In this document: one piece after another, positions 41,362-54,638 of the stretch
Position numbering within the stretch: the first letter of the stretch is position 1
Layout of the letters: every line of letters starts with the position of its first letter
Origin: Octopus vulgaris
Lineage: Eukaryota
DNA: 64,000 nt
Assembly: GCA_951406725.2 (NCBI GenBank)
Contig: OX597823.1
Coordinates: 90,582,001 to 90,646,000, forward strand
Direction: 5' to 3'
The notes under the pieces: generated by a model
What the model was told of the DNA's origin: nothing
Seen by the model: the letters and a program-made list of their open reading frames with translations, nothing else
The model's database searches: none
Made by a program: the position numbers and the translations under genes

Positions 41362-42093
41362 CACACACACATATATACATATATGTATAAATATAGAGAC
41401 AGAGAGTGAGAGAGAGAGGGGGGAGATACTTATAGATATAATACCTATGTGCAGATATATGTGTATGTTATGTATATGTATGTGCATATGTGTGTGTATG
41501 TATGTGCATATGTGTGTGTATGTATATGTGTACACATACACAAACACATGCACACATATATACACAGAGAGAGAAAGAGTGTGCCAGTAACTCTTTGGAA
41601 TAGAGCAATGTACTCACACAAATCTACATACAAATGTATGCTTGTGTATTTGTGTGTGTGTGTGTGAGTATGTGTGTGTGTGTGTATGTATATATACACA
41701 AATAGATTTGCAAATGTGTATGCATTGGCTACCCTATGATGTGCGCATATGTGTGTGCAAGTGCATGTAAGTACTTGCAAACACATGCAAACACACCCAC
41801 AGGCATACATTCCCCCATATCCACCCACACCCCTGGACCTATTCCAGACCTGAGTCAGCAAACAAAAACAAAACAAACCACACACAATCAGACAATAGCA
41901 TTAATGGTGAAGATTGTATTAAATCTCTAATTGGTTGTTCATTAAGAAAAGAACACAACCTATTTGAGATTTATGTACATACAGCATGTCAATGACACAA
42001 TGTCATTGACAAGATGTCATATGACGGTGTTGTCATGTGACATACATTTATACAAGCTGCAAGGGTGGCTGTGTGGTAAGTAGCTTGCTTACC

Positions 42094-43000
42094 TCACTAC
42101 AGAAGAATTCGCGTTTTTATACGCTGATTGGAAATCACGTTGTTCGATGTGAAATATTGAAAAATTCAAGCATGGCTACAGGTAAGGCATTTGTTATTTT
42201 TGGTGGCTTAGTGGAGTCCATTTGTTCGTAATTAATAATTTTCGATGAGCAAGGGTCTCCACTGAGTTCCAGACATTTGCCTGCCTGTGGTTCTGCATAA
42301 AGACTCACTTTGCAGAGGGAATTGTGTTTTTGGGAGGCATATTCCCTCCGCAAAAAATTTTGTTTGTGAAAATTGTCTTTTTCTTGACTGTGTTCATGCC
42401 CGGGAGCTACCATTGGATTTAGCAGTCAGGCAAGGAGTGCAAAGACGGCAAAGAATTTAATTTTTGTGCTGCGACGGAAAACTGTGAATTGTGGATTACC
42501 CGAGAAGAAGAATTTTGGTGCCAGTTGAACTGTCTTCCTTCATTCATTTCTTTCTCTTGTCTGTCTTTCTGTTCTTTCTTTGTGTTTTATTATTGACTTT
42601 TATTTGAGCATTTTTGGACCTTTTTTGTTTTTGGAACATTTTATTTTTATTTTATTTTTGGAAAAAAATGGCAACAAAGAATACTGCTTTGGAGTGGCGA
42701 ATTGTCGCGCCCCCAAAGACTGGCTCAAAAATTATACTGAGAGAACGGTGCTGTTAAGGACCTACTCTAGAGTCCTTGAAACCGTTGCTGAGTTCTCTGA
42801 GTGTGAGATTAAGGCAAGTTGGCAGAGTACCTGCCAACTTTTAGATTTATTCATAGGGGAGCAAAGTATGGAACTGTGTGTGTACCTTTTGACACCCCTA
42901 CGGTGGCACAAAAGTTTGAGTGCCATACGGTGGGCGAAAATTAACGAGAGCTTGGGTGTGTGGGCTGCCACCCAGAATTGAGCCCAAGTGGATAGAAGAG
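42094..43000 (+). mobile_element. Possible 5' UTR and decayed ORF1 of an L1/Tx1-like LINE
   Basis: Interrupts a SINE head; CpG-rich leader and T-rich tract, then ATG 42668 (MATKNTALEW) and a frameshifted continuation (ERTVLLRTYS.../FIHRGAKYGTV). Family assignment is from recollection only. Confidence 0.35.
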
Positions 43001-44935
43001 ACTATCCGCTGTGGTCTGGGTGGCAGTAACAAGTGACTGAAACAAATAAAAGAATAACAGAATATATGTCTTCCATTTTGTTTATTTTTCACTTGCTTCA
43101 ATCATTGGATTGCAGCCATGCTGGAGTACCATCTTGAAGGGTTTTAGTTGAAAAAATTCACCCAAGTTCTTGATTTTTTTTTTAAAGTTAGTATGTATTT
43201 TCTCATTTGCTTTCACTGTGCCACGAAATTGTGGGGATGCAAACAGACTAACACCAGTTGTCAAGTAGTATGGGGACAAGCACAAAGATGCACACACATA
43301 TATATACTTTTATATATATACATACATATATATATATATACATACATATATATATATATATATGTATATATTTATATATGTATATACACCAAATTCACTC
43401 ACAAGGCATTGGTCAGCCTGTGGCTATAGTAAAGGACTGAGGTATCACACATGAATACCTTGGGCAAGTATCTTCAAGCTGTTTCATAAACTTGTGAGTT
43501 ATATAAAAGATATCACAAGTATATAAAATATACATATAAATATATGTGTGCATACACCCATATGTACAAGTCTGCAGAGAAGTCAACTAATTGACAAAGC
43601 TTCAGAATGATTCATGGTAGTCCATATATATTTTAGACAATCGGATTCCCCTGGTCCATACCAGTTGTGAGGAGGAGCCTGGCTGCGTGTACCAGCACAA
43701 TGGCAAGCCTGAAGCTGTGTTGATCCATGGTACCCCGTATGATACCATGCACTGCCAGACGATGACCAGACATGCCTGGAGGCACTGAGTACCGACGCAA
43801 GAGAGGGCTGTGTGTGGGTCCAGTGGCATCTGCCGTAAATGCTTTCCACTGTGCTGGGAAGGCATGGAGTAAGTGATGTGACGGAGCGCAGCACAGACTG
43901 TGCATGGAAGCTGGCACCTGTTGGCCAAAGGCACAACCACACACCAGCGTGAAACATGTTGCCCACTGCGGTCGGAAAGGCGCCCAGGATGCTGAGTCCG
44001 ATGCCAACACTACAGCCCCGAACTGTTTCATGTGGTTTGCTACCAAAAGGGTTAAATTCCACCCTACCACCATTGGACGATTTAGTCAGAAATTTATTGA
44101 GATTAGATAAGAGAAAAAATGACTGGATGGTCATGGTTGAGACGCTTTTGAATATAATTCTGCTCAACTCTTTTGTTACTATATTTTTCTTGATTTATTG
44201 TCTTTGTTTCAATTTATTTTGAAAATGTTGAAGAATTTAGTAAAATAACTTTGTTATTATTAATTAAGCTGGTGTTTGGAACATTAATTAACATGAAAGT
44301 TTGGTAAAAATTTCTAATTTAGTTCACTTTGAAACAGGAAGTTTGTGGCATAAAATCAGGGATGGTCTCAGTTGAGTTGGTATAAAAAGAAAAAAAAAAG
44401 CTAATGCTAGTTGGTACCTTTCTGTTCTCCATTCCGAATGTGTGGTCTCGACATTTGAGCTGCCAGTGTACAATTTCAAAGATCACATCATTTAAAACTT
44501 TGCAGGCCATTTAGTCCTTACTTGACTCTGCAATCTTGACTCTCAGTACATGCATATGTAAACATGCAGTAGCATCTTAGTATTTTGAAGTATTTCAAAA
44601 TGCAATTATCAAAATAAATATTAAAAAACAAACAAAAACACAACCTAACACAAAAATGTCTTTGGTGGCTTATGTATACACTACCAATTAGAGAATCATA
44701 TCCTGCAAACCTCAGCAAGAAATCAAAGAAAATTCTGGCAGAAAACAAAATATTTACTGACATTTTTCAATGTTTGTATAGACGAGAATATTTGATAAAC
44801 TGCTGTTTGTTTTTAGTATTAACCAAGATGTAAATTAAGTTAATGGATGAATTTTATTTTGTTGTACAAAACATGAGATTAAAAATATTAACAACAACAA
44901 ACTAGCATTATATATATGTATATATATACACACAC

Positions 44936-44985
<50 letters not shown>

Positions 44986-45577
44986 AGCCTGGTGCAGCCT
45001 TCTGGCTTCCCAGATCCCTGGTCGAACCGTCCAACCCATGCTAGCATGGAGAACAGACGTTAAATGATGATGATAATGATGATGATATGTATATATATAT
45101 ATATATAAGTATTTAAGTTTCAAGCGTATTATATATCACGGTCTTGCAAAGGAAGTGGAACTGGAGCAATACACCAGCCTAAAGTTCTGGGTTATGTGAT
45201 GCATTCTGCATCAAACTTCTTGTGTTTCAAACCAACACGGACCTTGACAGATTTTCTGTGTTTTTCAACCAATATTTTTTGTCCTGTGCTCTACTTTGAT
45301 CTTCCAGAAAAGAAACATGCACTCCCACCATGAAAGTATAGAGTTAGTACATATGGCATATATATATATATATATATATATTTCTTTATTGCCCACAGAG
45401 GCTAAACACAAGAGGGCACAAACAAGGACAGACAAAGTGATTAAGTCAATTACATCGATCCCAGTGCATAACTGGTACTTATTTCATCAACCCCGAATAG
45501 ATGAAAGGCAAAGTCGACTTTGGCAGAATTTGAACTCAGAACATAACGGCAGATGAAATACCACTAAGGCATTTATA

Positions 45578-46849
45578 CAGAAGTTGGACAAAATAATGGA
45601 AACACCTTAAAATTTCAAACAAATTTATTTTAATATGGGGTAGGACCACCTTTGGCAGTAATTACAGTATGAATTCTATGACGTATGGACTCCTACAAAA
45701 TTTGAATTGTTTCCAAAGGAATTTTAGTCCATTCTTCAGCTAAAGCAGTCTCCAGTTCTTGTAGTGATGATGGTGGAGGATATCGACTCCTTACTTGTTT
45801 TTCTAAAATGCACCATAAATGTTCAATATTATTGAAATCTGGGGACTATGGCGGCCAGTAAGATGTTCAACTGCACTAGAATGTTCCTCGTGTCATTCAG
45901 TAACAACTTTAGCCGTGTAAATTTGTGTTTTATCATCCTGAAAGATGGCTTTTCCCTCCGGAAACAGTTCCACAACCATAGGATAAATTTGATCAGATAA
46001 AATGCTTAAATAGTCTTGACTTGACTGTTAGTTCTGCCATGAAGGGAAACCATTGGGCTGGTAGATTTCCAAGATATAGCCCCCGCCCTTGATCAGATCA
46101 TCACAGATCCTCCTCCATGTTTAACAGTTGGAAGAAGGCAGTCTGGGTCAAATGCTTCTTTTGGCTGTCTCCACATGTATACTCAGTCGGTGATCGGAAA
46201 TAAGGTAAAGGATGACTTGTCCAAGAAAATAACATTTTTCCACTGCTCTAGGGACCAATTCTGTAGGTTTTTATTCCAGTCTAAATGCTTTGCAATGTTT
46301 GTTTTTGAAAGTAGTGATTTTCTGATTGCAGTCCCCCTGTGAAATCCAGCTTTGTGCAGCTCCTGGTGAACAGTTTTTGAGAAAATTGGGTTCTCGGGGT
46401 AGTCATTAAGCTCTGCAGTAATTTTGGGAACTGTACTTTTGTAATCCTTTCTAACAATTCACGTAAGCATCCCACAGTCCCTATCTGAAAGTTTTGGCTT
46501 TCTTCCACTGTTTTGTTTCAACGAGGAGGTTTTTTTCCCCTCTTTCTCAAAGGCTGTCATTACTTTTGAGACTGTACATTTTGGCTGTTTTTGTTATGCT
46601 AGCATCTGCCATACGAACACCAACAATTTGACCTCTTGGAAAGTCCAATAAATCTATCATTTTGATTAATTTTAATTACCTTTTTCTGATGATATCTTAA
46701 AAGAAACAGCAATTTTAGCAAAACATATTAAGCAACACTAATAATACATCAATAAGCCTAAAAATAAACAAGCTTTTGATGGTTTTATAGATATTTCAAA
46801 ATTATGATGCTATGATGCTAGGTGTTTCCATTATTTTGTCCAATCCCTG
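45578..46849 (-). mobile_element. Decayed full-length Tc1-like transposon, 1272 bp
   Basis: 30-bp TIRs CAG(AAG/GGA)TTGGACAAAATAATGGAAACACCT with TA on both sides. Minus-strand remnants RGQIVG, TVKHGGGSVMI, FQDD and WPP*SPDFNNIEHLW. Confidence 0.88.
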
Positions 46850-46984
46850 TATATATATATATATGACAGAAGTAAATTGACATGCCATAAAACATTGTTT
46901 TATGTTTATTATAACTTTTAATGGTTTATATCTTTTATTAATTGACATTATTATGTTTTAGGTTCTATATGTGACTGTTTAATT

Positions 46985-47176
46985 ATGCCACATACAAAAG
47001 AAGCCTTGGAACTGTCTGAATTTCAAAGAGGCTGTATTGTAGGTCATTCAGCAGGTGGACACAGTCAGTGCAAAATTGCAGAAAACCTTGGGATCCCACT
47101 TTCTACAGTTAATAAAGTGATTGTGGAATTCCTCAGAGAGGGGAAGGACTCCACACAACTCCCACCTAGGTCTGGG
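46985..47176 (+). pseudogene. Tc1 transposase N-terminal HTH fragment, truncated by a fold-back
   Basis: [20 protein letters not shown]...[17 protein letters not shown]...PRSG is typical of the Tc1 paired-like domain. Confidence 0.75.
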
Positions 47177-47216
47177 TGGGGTTGTGTGGAGTATTTCCCC
47201 TCTCTGAGGAATATAT

Positions 47217-47434
47217 ATAGGAAGTGCTGGAAAGTTTCTGGTTTTAAGGGTATCACGAAAGGCTTGGTTGGAGGCCCAGCCTTCCAAGTTCTTTTACAGG
47301 GCTAAGGAAAACTGAAGACCTACTGCAAAAAGTGTGTGAATCTGAGAGGGGAATATGTTGAATAAAATCATAATTGACTGATACTCCTGTACTTTCTTTT
47401 ACCCAAAGCTAGAAACTTTTCCACAGCTCTTCAT
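47217..47434 (+). mobile_element. Mariner-derived MITE or internal deletion derivative
   Basis: Degenerate TIRs (GTGCTGGAAAGTTTCTGGTTTT and AAAGCTAGAAACTTTTCCAC). Encodes a mariner C-terminus, KKCVNLRGEYVE*. Confidence 0.6.
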
Positions 47435-48679
47435 ACACATATGAATATGTATTTTATATCCATCCATCTATCTATCCACTAGTTTATCAATCTATCTATC
47501 CATCCATCCATCCACCCACACACCCAAACACTCATGATTGACCTTGGGTAGTGTGGTGGTGGGGGTGGGGGAGATAGCTAAACAACAATAGCGGCAGCAA
47601 CTTCCTGTAGTTCTTGAATGTTTTAAGACCATCTTCCGACTTGGTTCAAGTCTTGGTGCCATGATACCAGGAAGATGTAATTCATAGAATTTATACAAAT
47701 TGGAGCAGATTTCCTTTCTGAGTTTCATCTCACACCAACATTAAGTATGTTTCACACACACACGCAGGCACACACACACACACACATAGATGCTTCCCAG
47801 ACACGTGCTTTTGAGTGCTGTTCCACTAAGCAATACCTAAAGAGTCTTCTACAAGAGTTCAAAGTTGACCAAAGACTTGTGAATAGATTTGGAAGATGGA
47901 AACTGAGAGAAGCCTCTCATAACTGTGTGTTTCTGGCATTCCTTTACTCATTGCCTCCCACCAAGCCTAGTATGTGCCCTCATCCTGCACCTCTCACATT
48001 AATTCTCTCTGTATCATTCTTTTACTTCCTCTCCTCCTCCTCTATATGAAGTCAAGCAAGGCTTACATACACACACATTCATGTGCACACATACACAGTT
48101 TTGAACATACATATATGTTTACACATAACACAAGGAGACCACACACACACACACATACATGCATATAACTGCACATGAAATAAAGACTCTCCTCACACAC
48201 ACACACACATACATTCATGCCCACACAAAGATGCTTACAATCGCATGCATACATACACACACACGCACACATTTATATATACACACATGCATATACACAC
48301 ACACGATCAAGCAGATTACACTCACACACTTATACACACTTACATACAAATGCACACATTTTCACACACATATACATACATATTCTCTCTCTCTCTCTCA
48401 CACACACAATCATTTACATTCACATATATTCAGACATACAGTCACACACACACACATTCACACACATTCACATATATTCATACATACAGTCACACATACA
48501 AATACACACACACACACACACGCATGAACACACACACACTTTCAGATTGCCACAAGTGGAATGCATCTTCTGAGAGAGAAATGGCTTTGATTCTGTTACA
48601 CAGGAGACTCTGCAGAAATGGGACGGTAAGTGGCAGAGGAGTATTTTCTGAAACTGAAACTAGTAACATCCAACTCTAC

Positions 48680-49245
48680 GATTATCATTATCACCATTGG
48701 CATCATCATCATCATAACCATCATCATCATAACCATCATCACCATAACCATCATCATCATAACCATCATCACCATCATCATCATAACCATCATCATCATA
48801 ACCATCATCACCATCATCATCATAACCATCATCACCATCATCATCATCATCATCATAACCATCATCGTCATCACCATCATCACCATCATCATAACCATCA
48901 TCACCATCATCATCATCATAACCATCATCATCATAACCATCATCATCATAACCATCATCACCATAACCATCTTCATCATAACCATCATGAGCATAACCAT
49001 CATCATCATAACCATCATCACCATAACCATCATCACCATAACCATCATCATAACCATCATCATCATTGTCATTACAATGATCACCACTGCTATCATCATT
49101 AACATCATCACAACTAACCCCACCCCCGCCATTACCATCATCATTACTGCTGTTGATACTGCCCTCACCACTACCTTCACCATCACCACCACCACCACCA
49201 TCACCACCACCATCACCGTCACTACTGTCATCATCATCATCATCA
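48680..49245. repeat. Long (CAT)n/(CAC)n microsatellite with AAC(CAT)4 higher-order period
   Basis: Direct inspection. Confidence 0.92.
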
Positions 49246-50237
49246 GCTCTATGATAATGGTTTCAAATTTTGGCACAAGGCTAGCAGTTTTGTGGGAGGG
49301 GTTAGGTCGATTACATTGAAACACCTTTCCCACTGTTCAAATGATACCTATTCTATCAACCCTGAAAAGGAGAAAGGGATGAAGGCACAAGACCTGAAAT
49401 TTTGGAGGAGGTGGCCGTGGGGTAGGGTGGGAGGCTAGCCGATTACACTGACCCCTTTGCTCAACTCGTACTTATTTTTATCAACTTTGAAAAACATGAA
49501 AAGCAAAGCCAACCATGACAGAATTTGAACTCGGGACGTAAAGACACAAAATAGCACTACACATTCAGTCTGGTGTGCTAACAATTCAGCCAGCTCACTA
49601 CCTTAATAATAATAATAATAAGAAGAAGAAGAAGAAGAAGAAGAATAGTAATCCTTTATACTATAGGCACAAGGCCTGAAATTGTGGGGGAGGTGATAAG
49701 TCGATTACATCAACCCTAGTGCATAACTGGTATTTAATTTATTGCCCCCACTCCCACCTCCCGGATGGATGAAAGGCCTGAAATTTGGGAGTAGGGGTTC
49801 AGTTGGTTAGATTGACTCTAGTACGCAACTGGTACTTAATCTATCGCCCTCCCCCCCCCCAAAAAAAAGGATGAAAGGCAAAGTTGACCTCAGTGGAATT
49901 TGAACTCAGAACGTAAAGACAGACGAAATACCACTAAGCATTTCGCACAGCATGCTAAGGATTCTGCCAGATTGCCATGGCTGGCCGGTAACGTATTTTT
50001 CTGCAATGTATGGATAATTTAGCCTGTTCACTCTATTTTATTAGCATTATCATGTGTTTGAGAATAAATTATTTCTGTATCTATAATAATAATAATGATA
50101 ATAATAATAATAATAATAATAATAAGCAACAGCTTGGCAACATCCTACATTCATAAAGGTCCAAATGGAAGTGTTAAATTGAGTGTGTATGTGTGTGCAT
50201 GTGCATGTACACACATACATTCATGTATGTATATATA

Positions 50238-50270
<33 letters not shown>

Positions 50271-51160
50271 AGACATATATGTGAATATATAAGTATTTGT
50301 GCACACACACACATGTATGTGTGTATGCATATATGGATCAAAAGCATAATTGACCAATATAAAACCGTGTGTATGTGGTTTAGTAAGATAAAACCATGGC
50401 GACTTTAAAGTTAGGCATGGCCATACAGGTGACGCATAAAAATATTTATCTCTCCTGACCAAAATTCTAGAATCCGAGTTGACTTTAATGGAGGAATTTA
50501 AATGATTGAATCGGTGCTGACGTTTATTGGAAGTAGAACTGAAAAGGAAGAGAATAAAATGCTTTGTGGTGCTTTGACAACAAAAACAACAGCCACTGCT
50601 GCCATTTTGTCCTTGTCATCGTTTCACCATCATCATTTTAATGTCTGCTTTCCTAGACTTGCATGGATCAGGCAGAATTTATTGTGTTAGATTTCCTATG
50701 GCCAGACACACCTTCCTGGCACCAGCTTTCACCAGCTCCCAAGCAAGCTAATATTTCTCCATGGTCAGACATGTTTTCACAGAAGATTGGAAATGAATGA
50801 TGTTGCTTGTATGACATTGAAACTCATTTACAACGATCACAAGATATCAAGACAAAATGACACATGAACACACACACACACAGACACACGTATATGTGGT
50901 TCAAAATTCTACAAAAGCCAGAGCCAGCTGAGAGAACAACAAGCAAAGCATATTAGTTTAACGCTCAAGAAGACTAGAAGAGTTTTTGATGCTTCAAGCT
51001 TATGCTCTTTTGCAGAAAGGAGACAAAAACAAATGGATATATATTATGTGTGTGTGTATGTATGTATATATATACATACGAAGCCTATAGGCAAATAATG
51101 ACATGCTTTATAATCAAACCAAGTAAAACTGAGTTTATTGAAAGAGGTACTTTTTGAAAA

Positions 51161-51265
51161 TTCACCTGATGAGACACATCTACACCAATGGATACACCAT
51201 AACCAGTTGTATTGTAGCTCATCCGTGAGGGATCGATGCAAGATGGATCGAAACGATTGCTGTGA
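51161..51265 (+). ncRNA. Hammerhead motif with extended stem II (degenerate cleavage site)
   Basis: UUCAC-CUGAUGA-GACACAUCU...AGAUGGAUC-GAAAC-GAUU-GCU-GUGA. Confidence 0.6.
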
Positions 51266-51380
51266 TTAATAAAGAATCTTGAATAAACCATTTACTGTTC
51301 CTCGCATTTGTTTTATATATATATATGTATATATATATACACACACAGTCACGTATATATTATATATACACTGACATATG

Positions 51381-51414
<34 letters not shown>

Positions 51415-53913
51415 ATATATATATACACACACTTGCACAGCACATATATGCACACAGACATACACATAAATAAAATGATTGATAGAAAGCTAGGTAGTTA
51501 GACAGACAAACAGACAGACAGGTAACACAAGAGAAGAAGGTAATAAACAGGTAAGTAAACATAAATTGTGATATATTTTCTAAAGTTAAAATAAAAGTTA
51601 AAATAAAAATTCAAATAAAAGTACATAGCATTAGCAAGAATTTATTGGAATAATCATGGAGTTGTATTCCTCATTTTGATGGTAATAATACCATGGAAGT
51701 ATGCATTGCTTTGTGGAACATAGCATTTTGATTCCTTCTTTTAGAGATAATGGTAAAAGTAATTGTTAAGAATGGATGATGAGAAGCCGAAAGAGAAAAC
51801 TACTAAGAAAGAGAATACGAAAACGAAGAATTGTGTAATAGATATTGCAGAAGATAAGATAAGAGGAATTGAAGGAGTGAAATTTTTAGGAGGAAGGGAA
51901 AGAATTTTAAAGAAAGAAATGAAAGTAAAATTTTGAAGAAAAACTGGTAAAAATATAGAGGAAACTTTTGAAAAAAGCAGAAGGTACTTAATTAGCAGCT
52001 GTCTATCTATCTTTATTCTTCTATTGCCCACTATCTCTGTCTGTCTATCTATCTATCTATCTATCCATTTATGTATCTATCTATCCTCTAACTCTGTATG
52101 TCTGTCTCTCTATCTATCTATCGATTTATCTATCTATCTCTAGCTGTCTCCCTCCTAGATTTATCTATCTGTATGTATATATATATATCCCACAAAACAT
52201 TCTTTGGAATGAAAATAATAAATAATAGATATAGGAAAAAAAAATTGAAGATAAAACTGGATGGAGAATTAGACGAAAGAGAAATTTCGAGAAGAGATAA
52301 AGAGGAAGAACAAATGAAGGAAAAAACATAATGTTGAAAGACCTTCACCATGATCACTGCCATCACTACTACAACCACAACCAGCACCGCCAGGAATATC
52401 AACACCAAAAAATAGTTGAAAATAAAAGTGTAATAACAAATAAGAAGAACATCAACAACATCGAAGAGTTGCTCCAAAGATAATAAAAATAATAATAAAA
52501 TAAATAAAAAATAAACAAAATGAAACGAAAATAGTAAAAAGAGACAAACAGTTTTGGAACATTATTAAAATTTGTCCATAATGTCTAGCAGAATAGACTC
52601 TTCAAAAACAAATCACCATGTTTTTGGCATCTGTCCCAATCTTTCCTTTTCAATTAACTGGTTTTTACCATCCTCTAACAAATTACAGCTATTGAGTAGA
52701 TAAAAGATCTTATTTATGTCTTAGAGCTTTCTCCACTTTATTGTTGTACCTCTATGAAAAATATAGAGTCTTTTATTTTTTTGTAGCCTAATATTCTGTC
52801 TATATTATGGCTATCTGCTCGTTATAGGGTGATAGAGTGTTAGGTTGATTGCTGACTGTGTACAGCTGCTGTTAATATGGCAAACCCGCAGTGTGTGTAG
52901 TTACAGAAGAAATAGATTGATAAATCTACATTGTGCAGTTGTAGACGAGATGATTCTGCAGTATGTCGATGCAGACTAGAGAGGTGGATGGGCCTGGGAG
53001 AGGTTAGGCATGGTGCCAGTGGAATATTAAAAGCACATCTGAGTGTGGGGTGTAACCAGCCCACTTATGAGTACCCCTCGTTTATTGGAAAATAAAATTT
53101 GCTTGTGAAGACCTTTTGAGGCAAGTGAAATCAAAATCAAAATCACTGACGTGGCTGATGACAGTACCACCTGATTGGCACTTGTGCCAGTGGAATGTTA
53201 AAAGTACATCCGAGCATGGAGTGTAACCACCTGATTGGCACTCATGCCAGTGGAACATTAAAAGCACATTTGAGCATGATTGTTGCTAGGGCTGCGGCTT
53301 GGCTCCCATGCTGGTGGTATGTAAAAAGCACCATTTGAGTGTGATCATTGCCAGTGTTGCCTTACTGTTCAGTTGTTCTTGACCCTTTTTTCCCCCATGG
53401 AGCCTTTCAGTTTCTATTTTACTCAGACCCTTATAACCACCCAATGTTTTAAAATAAAGTCTAATGACTGAAACAAGAAAAAATGATAAACTATACATTG
53501 ACTTTGTATTTCTTTATTTCAACTGTTACATATGTTTCAGTAGTCAGCAACACATGACGTCACACAATAAATGCAACCAGCTGATGCACCCTATAGGGCC
53601 AGCATATTGAGCAAACACGTTGTCATACACTCATAGAGAAAATACAAGGAGGTAGGTTGGGAAACCGATTAACATATCCACAGAGTTTGTAAGGGACGGG
53701 ATTAGGCATTGGGCATAGAATAAGGACTTGGGTTGCTTTTACTTGACCTTATGAGAGGGGAGGGATGAATGGAGGATATTTAGCATGTTGGCAAAATAAT
53801 GAGATACAATAAATTGCTAGAGGCGAACAGTGGGGTTTAAAGTAATTCACATTAGAGCTCAAACTTGAATGGTTTAATTGTCGTATGTTGACTGCATCTA
53901 ATCATATATCTAT

Positions 53914-54121
53914 AATTTTTTCAAAGAAAATGTTGATAAGGACTTCAAAGTTTTGGCACACTTTCTTTTTATCAAACTGTGCTACATGCGGGTTCCTTTT
54001 GGCTTTTTATAGTATTTGGCAAAGACTTTATGAAGCTAACAAGAACCCAAGTAGCTCAATCTAATGAAAGTGAGCAAGCAAAAACTTCGAAGTCACTGTC
54101 TATATTTTCTCAGTAAAAGTT
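53914..54121. ncRNA. Second, longer fold-back element with two degenerate hammerhead motifs
   Basis: Plus 54061-54100: CUAAUGAAAGUGAGCAAGCAAAAACUUCGAAGUCACUGUC. Minus 53979-53935: CAGU-UUGAUAA...AAAAC-UUUGAA-GUC-CUUAUC. The inner segment is also an imperfect inverted repeat (GGGTTC/GAACCC, GCTAC/GTAGC). Confidence 0.5.
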
Positions 54122-54443
54122 ATCTGTATATTTTCATTTGGTTATGTTTTATTAAGAAATAGTGTTTTACAGATTTAAAGAAAGTGGAGTGGGTTATGAG
54201 GAATCAAACTGGACCCAGCACATTTCTGGTACTTACTTTGGAAGCTCAGGACTGTCATTAAAATAATATGGTTTCACTCACCTGAAAAACAGAAGGAAAG
54301 AAAAACTGTTAGAAATCAAGGTAAACAAGAAGAATATAAGAAAAAGAAAGAGAAAATAGAAAGAAATTATGAAGTAAGTAATGTAAAGAAAGATAGATTA
54401 AATACACACACACACACACACACAAACACATGTGTATATATAT

Positions 54444-54492
<49 letters not shown>

Positions 54493-54497
54493 CATAT

Positions 54498-54531
<34 letters not shown>

Positions 54532-54603
54532 GTGACCGCATGTGTACTGTTGGCGATTTTTTTTTCCTCCGTCTTTCCTTCTCTGGATCTTTCCTTTTCC
54601 TAT

Positions 54604-54638
54604 GTTTCTGACGAAGAGCTCCGCTCGAAACATTAAAC
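54604..54638 (+). ncRNA. Minimal type I hammerhead ribozyme motif in a Penelope pLTR-like repeat (~54532-54740)
   Basis: GUUU-CUGACGA-A-GAGC(ucc)GCUC-GAAAC-AUU-AAAC; one change from the palindromic GAAACGUU. Confidence 0.78.

Noticed and set aside
48245-49333. 285-aa His-rich ORF and overlapping Met/Ile-rich ORFs
   Set aside because: Products of the (CA)n and (CAT)n tracts, open in several frames on both strands. No evidence for a real histidine-rich protein.
53520-53640. Minus-strand GAAAC-AUAU-GUA hammerhead half
   Set aside because: No convincing matching core or stem I.
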